A stretch of DNA of 45,381 nt from Terrimicrobiaceae bacterium (GTDB lineage Bacteria > Verrucomicrobiota > Verrucomicrobiia > Chthoniobacterales > JAATET01): positions 1 through 45,381 of the forward strand of contig JBDNGG010000063.1 of NCBI GenBank assembly GCA_041689405.1. Reading direction: 5' to 3'. This document shows positions 1-8,100 of this stretch, in pieces. The notes under the pieces are model-generated. The model had not been told where the DNA came from, ran no database searches, and was given only the letters and a program-made list of their open reading frames with translations. A program made the position numbers and the translations under genes. Numbering within the stretch: the first letter of the stretch is position 1; every line of letters starts with the position of its first letter.

Positions 1-2
1 AG

Positions 3-77
3 TGGCAGCGCGTACGGGAATCGAACCCGTGTCCCGGCCTTGAGAGGGCCGTGTCCTAACCCCTAGACGAACGCGCC
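3..77 (-). tRNA. tRNA-Glu (anticodon CUC), 75 nt, CCA encoded
   Basis: The reverse complement folds by hand into a cloverleaf. Acceptor stem GGCGCGT/ACGCGCT with a G1-U72 wobble; D arm GTCT/GGAC. Anticodon stem CGGCC/GGCCG with loop CTCTCAA (anticodon CTC). 4-nt variable loop, T arm ACGGG-TTCGATT-CCCGT, discriminator G, then CCA. Confidence 0.85.
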
Positions 78-86
78 AATCTCCGG

Positions 87-115
87 ATATTGAGACTTCC
101 AGAGTCCCGGTGCAA
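87..115 (-). promoter_or_regulatory. Possible sigma-70-type promoter for tRNA-Glu
   Basis: On the minus strand: TTGCAC (115..110), 17-nt spacer, CAATAT (92..87). The -10 element ends 9 nt upstream of the tRNA 5' end at 77. Confidence 0.3.
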
Positions 116-185
116 GTGCGGATATGATTCCCGTGCAAATATTCCAATCCATTTCCGGATCTCGTCAACCTACGAATCAAAAGCG

Positions 186-1208
186 TCAGTGAAGCTGCAC
201 GCACGCTGCGGCGCATTGCCCGTTCCATCCTAAAACCGGCACAGCTATTGAAGATAGCGATAGCGATTGGACCATTCGCGTTGCCATAATTATCTGAGAC
301 AAGGTGGAGGTACCAAATGCCTCACCAAGAGAAAACTTGGGATGGGTTTGAGGAATATCTCCGAAAACTTCAGCAATTGCTCTGGTTTCAGGTGTGTCGA
401 ATTTCCCTCCTGATGTAGAGCCAACTACAGAATGGACATCGGATATTTCCGTGAGCGCTTGCAGCGACCTGACAATGGCAGATTTTGCTTCACCCGAATT
501 CGAATAGCTGCTGCCTGCATCGCAAGTCACCCTACAATCCCCTTCCCGTTCAAGCACCACGGCAGCGGCACCATCGGCAAACACCGGGCGGACGAAACCT
601 CCAATTCCCCACACCGCATAGGCCTCAGCAAGAATCCAATCCGTTTCCTCCGCTGCCACGACCAGGCACGAATCACAGCCCCCGGAATTCAGCAAGTCTT
701 CAGCCATGGCCAGGGCTTGGATTGATACCGTGGCATCGCCGACCATCGTGGATGTCGTTCCGGTGATTCCTAGATGTGCTGCGATGTGGCTTGCGGGAGC
801 GTTATAAACCGTTTCGGGGAATAGCAGCGGGCTTCCGGCGTGAGTCCCACGGTTTGCCAGCTCCGCAAAAAATTTACGTGTATAGACCACTCCACCATTA
901 GACGCGGCGAACAGCACCGCCCAGCGGCGATTCGGATCGGCTGGGTCGAGCCCCGAGTCGGCAATTGCCGCCAACGCAGCAGTCATGGCCAGGTGAGAAA
1001 TGCGACTTGATCTTCGGAGGCGCGGAAACCGGGCAACGTGGGCGATGTCTGCCTCGGGCACGCGCAGGTATTGCAGCGTCCGACCCGAGTCTGGATAGGT
1101 CAGGGTGACGGGATCCGCACACTCTCCGCGAAGTATCGCCTGGCATACCGCATCGACGCTGGCTCCCATTGGAGTCACCCAGCCGCAGCCCCGGATGGCG
1201 ACGCTCAT
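186..1208 (-). CDS. Ketosynthase-fold protein lacking the Cys-His-His triad (chain-length-factor-like partner)
   Basis: 340-aa ORF with a thiolase/KS-like layout (VAIRGCGWVTPMG at the N-terminus). VGDATVSIQAL sits where ACASGTNAL is expected, so Cys is replaced by Ala. STSGG replaces HGT, and LGEAFGTS replaces GHSLGAAG. Its ATG overlaps the upstream KS stop (ATGA at 1205..1208). Confidence 0.75.
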   Translation of the reverse strand: MSVAIRGCGWVTPMGASVDAVCQAILRGECADPVTLTYPDSGRTLQYLRVPEADIAHVARFPRLRRSSRISHLAMTAALAAIADSGLDPADPNRRWAVLFAASNGGVVYTRKFFAELANRGTHAGSPLLFPETVYNAPASHIAAHLGITGTTSTMVGDATVSIQALAMAEDLLNSGGCDSCLVVAAEETDWILAEAYAVWGIGGFVRPVFADGAAAVVLEREGDCRVTCDAGSSYSNSGEAKSAIVRSLQALTEISDVHSVVGSTSGGKFDTPETRAIAEVFGDIPQTHPKFSLGEAFGTSTLSQIIMATRMVQSLSLSSIAVPVLGWNGQCAAACVQLH

Positions 1209-2440
1209 GAGGGCCCGGCCTCCAAAATAATTGAGGCATTTGCTCCGCCAAATCCCAGCGAGTTGGACATCACTCGTTTGGGTGAGGCCGGGAGCGCCTG
1301 GCCCGCTATGACATCAAGTGAGGTGTCGGGATCGCCTTGCCGGAAATGGAGATTTGCGGGTAAGAACTGATTCTGCATTGCAATCACACACACTGCGGCT
1401 TCGATTGCACCCGCAGCTCCAAGCGAGTGGCCCATCTGGCCTTTGGTGCTACTGACTTTTGCCGACGGGCAAACATCCGCGATTGCCCTCGCTTCGCAGG
1501 CGTCGTTGAAGGGCGTAGCCGTGCCATGAGCGTTGATGTAGTCAATCGTATCCGCAGCAATCCCCGCGTCAGCGATGGCGCGCTGCATGGCTAGGCGCGG
1601 ACCGCTCCCATCTGGATTTGGTTGCGTGAGGTGATGATTATCGGTGGAAGAGCCGTATCCCGTCACTTCAGCCAGAACGGGTCGTCCGGCCGCCACAGCA
1701 TCATCCATCGTCTCCAAGAAGAAAATCGCAGCGCCCTCCCCGAGGACCAGCCCTGAGCGTTCTGAATCAAAAGGGCGGCACAACTCCGGGGTGTAGGCGC
1801 GCAAGGCGTCAAATCCCGCAAACACAAGCTGGCAAAGGACATCGTATCCTCCGCAGACGACACGGCGGTTTTTGCCTGTCCGAACGAGCGAAAATGCATG
1901 CCCTAATGCATTCGTGCCAGAGGCACACGCATTCGAAAGAATCCGGCACGGGGCATTCCAGCCGAGTGATTGCATCGCATCGATCACCGGCGCTTGAGGC
2001 ACGTAGGCCCGGACCCAGCGCGCCGCACGGCGGGATGGCAAGCCAGATACCGCCGACCGAAAAAATCGCTCGCCTAGCAGCATTCCACCACTCGTTGTTC
2101 CAATCACAGCGATTTCCGGCTCAAACTCAGGGCGCGCCGTATGCGCCTCCTCCATTGCGTGCAAAAGAAATCGCGCGGCTCGATTTATTTCTTCGGGAGC
2201 ATCAGCGTCCCGACAATGACTGGTCAACCAGGCATCAGGAATTTGCCCGGCCGTTTTCCCCTGACACGCCGATACGTCGAAAGCATCTACCGGCGTGATG
2301 CAGTCGCTTGCGCTCCGCAGCGAAACCTCAGTCGAGGACACCCCAATCCCCAGCGGCGAGAGGCACCCCATGGCTGTGATCACAACCCGATGAGGCGGGG
2401 AGGCGGTGGCGTCCATTAGAGAATCATGATTCGATGCCAT
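1205..2440 (-). CDS. Beta-ketoacyl-ACP synthase, FabF/FabB-like elongating KS
   Basis: 411-aa ORF with an intact triad: SNACASGTNALGHAF (Cys), INAHGTATPFND (His), KGQMGHSLGAAG (His). C-terminal SNSLGFGGANASIILE is also present. Confidence 0.85.
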   Translation of the reverse strand: MASNHDSLMDATASPPHRVVITAMGCLSPLGIGVSSTEVSLRSASDCITPVDAFDVSACQGKTAGQIPDAWLTSHCRDADAPEEINRAARFLLHAMEEAHTARPEFEPEIAVIGTTSGGMLLGERFFRSAVSGLPSRRAARWVRAYVPQAPVIDAMQSLGWNAPCRILSNACASGTNALGHAFSLVRTGKNRRVVCGGYDVLCQLVFAGFDALRAYTPELCRPFDSERSGLVLGEGAAIFFLETMDDAVAAGRPVLAEVTGYGSSTDNHHLTQPNPDGSGPRLAMQRAIADAGIAADTIDYINAHGTATPFNDACEARAIADVCPSAKVSSTKGQMGHSLGAAGAIEAAVCVIAMQNQFLPANLHFRQGDPDTSLDVIAGQALPASPKRVMSNSLGFGGANASIILEAGPS

Positions 2441-2454
2441 GCAATTGCTGGTGC

Positions 2455-3306
2455 CTAGCGGCGAACAATTGCCTCGATTTCGCCATTCGGCTCATCTTGG
2501 GGGAGGTAGGTAATATTCTGATTCGAAATTCCAAAAGCATCGAGGTTTGCGACAAAGTAGTGCTTGTTTGGAAGGCGAAGTTCGACTTCTGAGACCTCCG
2601 GTGCTGCGACCAGCGCAGCTTCTCCCATCTCAAACAACATCCGCTGCTCCGAGGGGCTGAAATTTTCAACAAACACCTTGAGAATCGCATCCGTCACGTT
2701 GTGCCGCACATTTAAAAAATCCGCATTTTCGCTCGATGTCTTCCAAGTCGCATGAATCACCGCGGAGAAAATCCGGTCCGTCGCGTCTTGCAGCGTGGTG
2801 AATTCCGTGTGGTCAAATCCACAAAATGCCGAATTGGTAGAGTTCATTACATGCAATCCCCCCACCCCCGATTGGATATCTGCTCCGACACGCGACACAG
2901 CCATCCGCGTGAATGGCTCGCCATTGCCGGAGGCGACAAAGGAATGCGGGCCCGGCTTTCCAGCAACGTTCATACGATCCCAAACTTTTTCCCGAATTTC
3001 GATGTGAACGCGATCTACATGGTTGTGCGCACTCAAAAAATGGCGACCGAGCACTTGCCCAAAATCCTCGATACAGTGTCCGAGGTGTGTGTGTGCGAGT
3101 GCAATGATCGTATTTTTTACGATGTCGGTAGCGACGATTTCCGTATTGTCATCGCTGAGATAGGATTTATCAAAAGTCCCCTCCAGAAGCACATCGACCG
3201 AGACTTCGGTCAGCGAATGCCGATCCTCTTCGACATGCTTTCGTAATACCCGCACGTGCTGCTTTCCATACCGATTTGATCCTAGATGTGCCATATGCCG
3301 CGACAT
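2455..3306 (-). CDS. uox: Urate oxidase (factor-independent uricase)
   Basis: 283-aa ORF with uricase signatures: NRYGKQHVRV, VATDIVKNT, TLQDATDRI, LPNKHYF. It is collinear with remembered bacterial uricase sequences. Confidence 0.85.
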   Translation of the reverse strand: MSRHMAHLGSNRYGKQHVRVLRKHVEEDRHSLTEVSVDVLLEGTFDKSYLSDDNTEIVATDIVKNTIIALAHTHLGHCIEDFGQVLGRHFLSAHNHVDRVHIEIREKVWDRMNVAGKPGPHSFVASGNGEPFTRMAVSRVGADIQSGVGGLHVMNSTNSAFCGFDHTEFTTLQDATDRIFSAVIHATWKTSSENADFLNVRHNVTDAILKVFVENFSPSEQRMLFEMGEAALVAAPEVSEVELRLPNKHYFVANLDAFGISNQNITYLPQDEPNGEIEAIVRR

Positions 3307-3391
3307 TAAACAGATCTCCCGGCTTTGTCATCCAACGACCGAACGTCGGTGGATAAAAATTCCTCGTGCGTCTTGCGCCGCCGGGCACGAA

Positions 3392-4000
3392 CTACGCCAA
3401 GCGCATGTAGGGCAGTTTCGCAGCCGTATCGCGCACCTCAGGGATTCCCTCCAGCAGGTCAGCAATCGCGTCCCAACGCCCCTTAAGCAACGCATCCTTG
3501 GCATATCCCGGTAGCGAAGCGGAAAAATCCACGTCTGCCGCGGATACTCGGTCTCCCGCAACATCGACGGTGAGTGTGACCGTAGGGTCAGCTTCAATGA
3601 GAGCAGCGAGCGAAAGGATGTCTGCCTTGGAGAGCACCATGCATGGCATCCCGAGCGTTGTGGAGTTTCCGAAGAAAATCTCAGCAAAACTTTCAGCCAG
3701 CACGGCTCGAAAACCATAACGATACAGCGCCTGCGGTGCGTGCTCGCGGGAACTGCCGCAACCGAAGTTCGACCCTGAGAGCAGGATACTCGCTCCATCG
3801 AATCGGGCATCGTTCAACGCATGGGCTTTCAACTCGCCGGTCGCGGGGTCAATCCGCTCGTCAATAAATGCGAACTCGCCGAGCCCATCAAATGTGATGC
3901 ATTTCATAAACCGGGCCGGGATAATCCGATCCGTATCCACATCATCACCTATTACATATACGCCAGTTCCGGAGACCTGACTAATTTCTGCCAATGCCAT
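3392..4000 (-). CDS. leuD: 3-isopropylmalate dehydratase small subunit (LeuD family)
   Basis: 202-aa ORF with the aconitase swivel-domain motif GSNFGCGSSREHAPQAL. No leuC is adjacent. Confidence 0.8.
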   Translation of the reverse strand: MALAEISQVSGTGVYVIGDDVDTDRIIPARFMKCITFDGLGEFAFIDERIDPATGELKAHALNDARFDGASILLSGSNFGCGSSREHAPQALYRYGFRAVLAESFAEIFFGNSTTLGMPCMVLSKADILSLAALIEADPTVTLTVDVAGDRVSAADVDFSASLPGYAKDALLKGRWDAIADLLEGIPEVRDTAAKLPYMRLA

Positions 4001-4009
4001 AAACTTCTA

Positions 4010-4229
4010 TTTTTGGATTATTTAGGTAGTTTCCCCAAAGCAAAAAACCTCGCTACCTGTAAAAACTTTCTGGCTGGTTCCAGTGGATGCCGGACGTCAT
4101 CGCCTCAAAAGACGGGATCAGTTCGAATCGGACTTTCGTGCTTCGACGACTGATCACCGCCGCGCCGTGATTCCACGGCAACCCGGCGGCAGCGGTGGAT
4201 ACTACAAAGTTCCCCGGTGGGGGTGGCGA
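4010..4229 (-). other. Structured GC-rich non-coding spacer (unclassified leader or ncRNA candidate)
   Basis: No credible ORF here. Nested hairpin at 4157..4189: CCGCCG-c-GCCGTG-attc-CACGGC-aacc-CGGCGG. On the minus strand, a GATCAGT...ACTGATC helix encloses TCGAA...TTCGA. The class was not recognised. Confidence 0.25.
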
Positions 4230-4502
4230 CTATTCTTTGTCCTCACCCTCGCAGATTTCGTCTGCTTTGCGGGAGAGGCGATTCGATAGGATGAAAAAGC
4301 TGGGGACCCAAAGGCCGATAAAAATCCCGAACCGTTCGCCGTAAGCGCGGTTCTCGCGGGATGCGGTGAACCAGGTTACCACTGAAGCAATGATTGAAAC
4401 GAACCCGAGGTATAGGCAGATGTCAGAAACCATTTTGAGGTTCTCACGGTTGTAAGCGCTGCACACGGGTTTTAGATATTCTTTGATTTCCGTTGTTTCC
4501 AT
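4230..4502 (-). CDS. Small hypothetical membrane protein (about 90 aa)
   Basis: Internal ATG at 4502 (METTEIKEY...) of the 4230..4634 ORF. Two hydrophobic segments: ICLYLGFVSIIASVVTWF and FGIFIGLWVPSFFIL. The longer ORF version would overlap the divergent gene's start region. Confidence 0.5.
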   Translation of the reverse strand: METTEIKEYLKPVCSAYNRENLKMVSDICLYLGFVSIIASVVTWFTASRENRAYGERFGIFIGLWVPSFFILSNRLSRKADEICEGEDKE

Positions 4503-4590
4503 AGAATTGAATTGTATCTCGATCTGCGGGCCTCTGCAATGGGATTGTTGCTCGACATTTTTGCCGCCGGAAGCGAAACGTATCGCCGCG

Positions 4591-6270
4591 ATGAAAAAAA
4601 TTCTTTTAATCCTAGTTTTTGTTGTGGCGCTCATTAGCGCCTTGATCTGGTATGTACTGAGCCGCTACGGCGTGACGGATAGTGCCGAGATTGTCCCGGC
4701 TGATGCAGTGGCGTTTGTGGCATTTCCGGATCTGGTGCAATCTGGCATTCGCTGGAACCAAACGGCGCTGGCAAAGATAGGCGCAGAGCCAACGATACGG
4801 GCTTTTTTGGAGCGCCCGCTGGGATTGGTTGGCCAAGGCGGAATGGATGAGGCTATTGGGATTCTCTCCCGGTTGAAACCAGGGCGGATATTTGCGGCCC
4901 TCTATTCGCTGAACGAATCGGGCGGTGCGGCGCTTCTTGGATTTCAATATTTTGGCAGCAAAAAAGATTACGAAGAAGCGATCGAGCGGTTCCACCGCGA
5001 AGTGATGAAAGTCGCTCCTGGTGCGGTGCGCACCGAAATCGAGAATGCGGGCTCGACTATCATCCAGATCCAGTCCGGCGAGCATTCGCTTTTCACCGGA
5101 TCGCACACCAGTTGGGGATTTGTGTCGAACGACCTCGCAACGCTCAAAGACGCGCTGGATCGGGTGTCTGGGCGCAGCGTAACGCCATCGCTTGCCGACG
5201 CCGAGAACTTCCGCACGGTGCGGGGCGAGTTGTCACGGACGGCAGAGATGGTCTGGTTCCTTGAGACGACGCCGTTTCTCGATTTGTTGCTAACGGAGGG
5301 ACAGGCGCAGGGCGCTGCGGTGAATCCAGCACAACTTGAGCAACTCCGTCAGATCTCGGCAGTGGGCGGTTCTCTGGCATTTTCCGGGGCCGATCAAGTC
5401 GAGCGGATTTTCATGTTGTGGAAAGATATCCCCGAATTACCGGCAATCGACCGAAGCGGACTGGAGTTCACCTCGGCGGACAATATCTTCTTCTTTGAAG
5501 GGACGCAGGATTGGAGGACGCTTTCCTCGGCTGCCAACATCGCATCCCTCCCGCCGGAGATATTTGGGTTTCTGACTGAGAACGGAGTCGACCTGAAAAA
5601 ACTTCCGGAGATTTTCGGTACCGAAAGTGTGGCCGTGGCCAATTGGCCTCCGGACGCAATGTTCCCAACTGCGCTTCTCGCCGTATCGATCAAGGATCGT
5701 CCAGCCATCGAGGCAATGACACGGGGCGTGGTGGAGAAATTTGCACCGTCGGTAACGATCAGCGAGCGCCATGGGGCGACGGTGTTTGATTTCCCTATTC
5801 CAGGGATTCCACTCATCGATCCGGCGGTGGCAGTGAGCGACGGTCATCTGGTGGTAGCCCTCACGAGTGGCGCATTAACAGGCGCCATGAACCGCGCACC
5901 CGGACAGGAAACACTGGCAAACTCGACGGCGTTCCAATCCGTTTCTGCCCAGTGGGAAAAAAAATCGCAGAGTTTTATGTTCATCGACACGCAGACGATT
6001 TTTGAGCGGATCTACAACACCGCTCGGCCAATGATCATCTTTGGAGCGGCGATGTCTCCTGACGTAGCAAAAGCGGTCGATATCCAGAACCTTCCTGAGA
6101 CAGAGACGATCTCGAAACATCTCGGGCCGATAGTCATGACTCAGCACGCCACACCAAATGGCTGGCTCATCGAAAGCAGCGGTCCTATCACGCTCTATCA
6201 GACGATCCTGGCAGGTGCTCTCGGCGTGGGCGTAAGTGCAGCGGCGAATACATGGATACAGCAACGGTGA
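4591..6270 (+). CDS. Hypothetical membrane-anchored protein (559 aa)
   Basis: ATG at 4591 gives MKKILLILVFVVALISALIWYV, an N-terminal anchor or signal, followed by a long uninterrupted frame. I could not verify any family; it may be DUF3352-like, from memory only. Confidence 0.7.
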   Translation: MKKILLILVFVVALISALIWYVLSRYGVTDSAEIVPADAVAFVAFPDLVQSGIRWNQTALAKIGAEPTIRAFLERPLGLVGQGGMDEAIGILSRLKPGRIFAALYSLNESGGAALLGFQYFGSKKDYEEAIERFHREVMKVAPGAVRTEIENAGSTIIQIQSGEHSLFTGSHTSWGFVSNDLATLKDALDRVSGRSVTPSLADAENFRTVRGELSRTAEMVWFLETTPFLDLLLTEGQAQGAAVNPAQLEQLRQISAVGGSLAFSGADQVERIFMLWKDIPELPAIDRSGLEFTSADNIFFFEGTQDWRTLSSAANIASLPPEIFGFLTENGVDLKKLPEIFGTESVAVANWPPDAMFPTALLAVSIKDRPAIEAMTRGVVEKFAPSVTISERHGATVFDFPIPGIPLIDPAVAVSDGHLVVALTSGALTGAMNRAPGQETLANSTAFQSVSAQWEKKSQSFMFIDTQTIFERIYNTARPMIIFGAAMSPDVAKAVDIQNLPETETISKHLGPIVMTQHATPNGWLIESSGPITLYQTILAGALGVGVSAAANTWIQQR

Positions 6271-6309
6271 GGCCGGGAGTCAGGTCTGAATACCGAGTAT
6301 GCTCAACTT

Positions 6310-7122
6310 TTAGGAAGAAAAAAAGCCTCGCTGTTTGGGGCTGATTGGCATTTCCAACCGCTCCATCACAGCAAGCATATCCTCCCATACTTTACGCTTC
6401 TCCGAGATCGCTTGATTTTTGACAAGGTAGTTCGGGTGGTAGGTCGGCATGACCGGGATGCCACGGTAATCCAGCCATTGGCCGCGCAATCCACCAATGG
6501 GGCGATGATCATCAAGCAATCCCAGGATTGCGGTGCCACCGAGCGCGACGATGACACGAGGACGGACGAGGTGGATTTGTTCAGTGAGCCATGGGAGGCA
6601 AGTTGCCATTTCATCGGCACGAGGTTTGCGATTTCCCGTGGTGCCCGGCGGCATGTCTGGACGACACTTCAGGACATTGGTGATGAACACATCGTCTCGC
6701 GCCAAAGTCATTGCAGACAAAATCTTCGTTAGGAGTTGTCCGGATTTACCGACGAATGGCTCGCCCGCAGCATCCTCATCTGCGCCGGGCGCCTCACCAA
6801 CAAACAAAAGTTCCGCGTCCCGGCGACCTACGCCGAAGACAACCTGAGTGCGGGAGACAACGAGGTGCGAGCACTTGGTGCAAGTGGTGGCGGCCTGCTC
6901 GAGAGATTCCCATGTCCATGTCACCGCCGGGTCATTTTCCGGCGTGACCGGGATATACTCGTTCGGCGCAATGAGTCGTCTGGACACGCTGCGCGAGTCG
7001 CGCGCAGCCGCAGCCACGCGATCCAGCGCAGCGGCGGAGGCAACCGGTATCGGGCTTAATTGCCCGTTCATGCGGCGCAACATCGGAAGCACCCGCTCTA
7101 CAGCATCGGAAATCGTGTCCAT
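6310..7122 (-). CDS. Uracil-DNA glycosylase, family 4
   Basis: 270-aa ORF with CTKCSHL (Fe-S Cys cluster), LLFVGEAPGADEDAAGEPFVGKSGQLL, NVLKCRP and HPNYL. Confidence 0.85.
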   Translation of the reverse strand: MDTISDAVERVLPMLRRMNGQLSPIPVASAAALDRVAAAARDSRSVSRRLIAPNEYIPVTPENDPAVTWTWESLEQAATTCTKCSHLVVSRTQVVFGVGRRDAELLFVGEAPGADEDAAGEPFVGKSGQLLTKILSAMTLARDDVFITNVLKCRPDMPPGTTGNRKPRADEMATCLPWLTEQIHLVRPRVIVALGGTAILGLLDDHRPIGGLRGQWLDYRGIPVMPTYHPNYLVKNQAISEKRKVWEDMLAVMERLEMPISPKQRGFFSS

Positions 7123-7147
7123 CTTCGGGAGTATGTGGACTGTGCCG

Positions 7148-8068
7148 TCACGGGGCGAGCGGGAAATCGGCAGGCACTGGAGCGGTTATCGTCTGGCGAA
7201 TTCCGGTGACTGGATGATCAAATGCAATCTGCCATGCGTGCAAAAGATGACGCTCGAAATTCCCGCGTTTTCCGTAAACCGAATCGCCGGCGATGGGACA
7301 ACCCAGATGCTTTAGGTGGACGCGAATTTGATGGGTCCGGCCCGTCTTGGGTTTGCATTCAAGCAAATGAAGCCCGCTGTCGGCTTTCAGAACCTTATAC
7401 GTCGTCTCCGCAGAGCGCGCTTCGGGACGCTCGGAGACGGTCATTTTCTGTCTATTGACACGATGCCTGGCAATTCCAGCGGTGATTGTGCCCGTGGCCC
7501 GCGGGGGCTTGATATCTACGATGGCAAGGTAGGTTTTCTCGATGGTGCGTCCGGCAAATTGCTCGGCCAATCGTTGATGGGCGGTGTCACTTTTTGCAAC
7601 CACGAGGCATCCGCTAGTCTCGCGATCCAGGCGATGCACGATGCCAGGCCGCTCGATGCCACCGATCACGGACAGGCTCCCGGTGTGGTGCAAAAGGGCA
7701 TTCACGACCGTACCAGACGGCACCCCGGCTCCCGGATGGACGACCATACCCGGGGGTTTATTAATAACGAGCATGACTTCATCCTCAAACAGGATGTCGA
7801 GGGCTATATCCTCGGAAACCATTCCCTCGACCGGTCGAGAAGCAGGAAGGTGGATGGTGACCTTGTCGCCGGAGTGAAGGGATTCGGAGGGTCGGGCAGT
7901 GGCGGCATTGAGCAGGATGCACCCCTCCCGTATAAGTGTCTGAATACGACTGCGGGTGAGGTCGGCTACACGGTCGGCAAGGAAGCGATCCAGTCGTTCG
8001 CCTGCTTGCTCGGGGGCAACGGTGAGCGATGATTCTTCTTGGGATTCAATATTAGCAGTGGATTGCAT
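7148..8068 (-). CDS. rluD: 23S rRNA pseudouridine synthase, RluA/RluD family
   Basis: S4-like N-terminus (GERLDRFLA), catalytic HRLDRETSGCLVVAK, and TGRTHQIRVHL. I chose the ATG at 8068 (MQSTANI...). The ORF extends to 8128 but would then overlap the divergent kinase gene. Confidence 0.85.
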   Translation of the reverse strand: MQSTANIESQEESSLTVAPEQAGERLDRFLADRVADLTRSRIQTLIREGCILLNAATARPSESLHSGDKVTIHLPASRPVEGMVSEDIALDILFEDEVMLVINKPPGMVVHPGAGVPSGTVVNALLHHTGSLSVIGGIERPGIVHRLDRETSGCLVVAKSDTAHQRLAEQFAGRTIEKTYLAIVDIKPPRATGTITAGIARHRVNRQKMTVSERPEARSAETTYKVLKADSGLHLLECKPKTGRTHQIRVHLKHLGCPIAGDSVYGKRGNFERHLLHAWQIAFDHPVTGIRQTITAPVPADFPLAP

Positions 8069-8100
8069 TTTAGTGCTTTGCTGACGGGTTGAGTTTGGCA

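Noticed and set aside
1-2440. tRNA-adjacent genomic island or integrative element
   Set aside because: I saw no integrase, excisionase, transposase or direct repeat of the tRNA 3' end in the window. The flanking genes look metabolic.
3328-3810. 160-aa minus-strand ORF and 73-74-aa plus-strand ORFs overlapping leuD
   Set aside because: They are alternative frames or antisense to the leuD frame, which carries the conserved GCGSSREHAP motif.
4483-4634. N-terminal extensions of the two divergent ORFs (4483..4590 plus strand, 4503..4634 minus strand)
   Set aside because: The extended versions overlap each other on opposite strands. The internal ATGs at 4591 (MKKILL..., a signal-like start) and 4502 (METTEIK) give non-overlapping genes with sensible N-termini.
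7316-8032. 238-aa plus-strand ORF
   Set aside because: It is antisense to rluD, which carries the catalytic HRLDRETSG motif.
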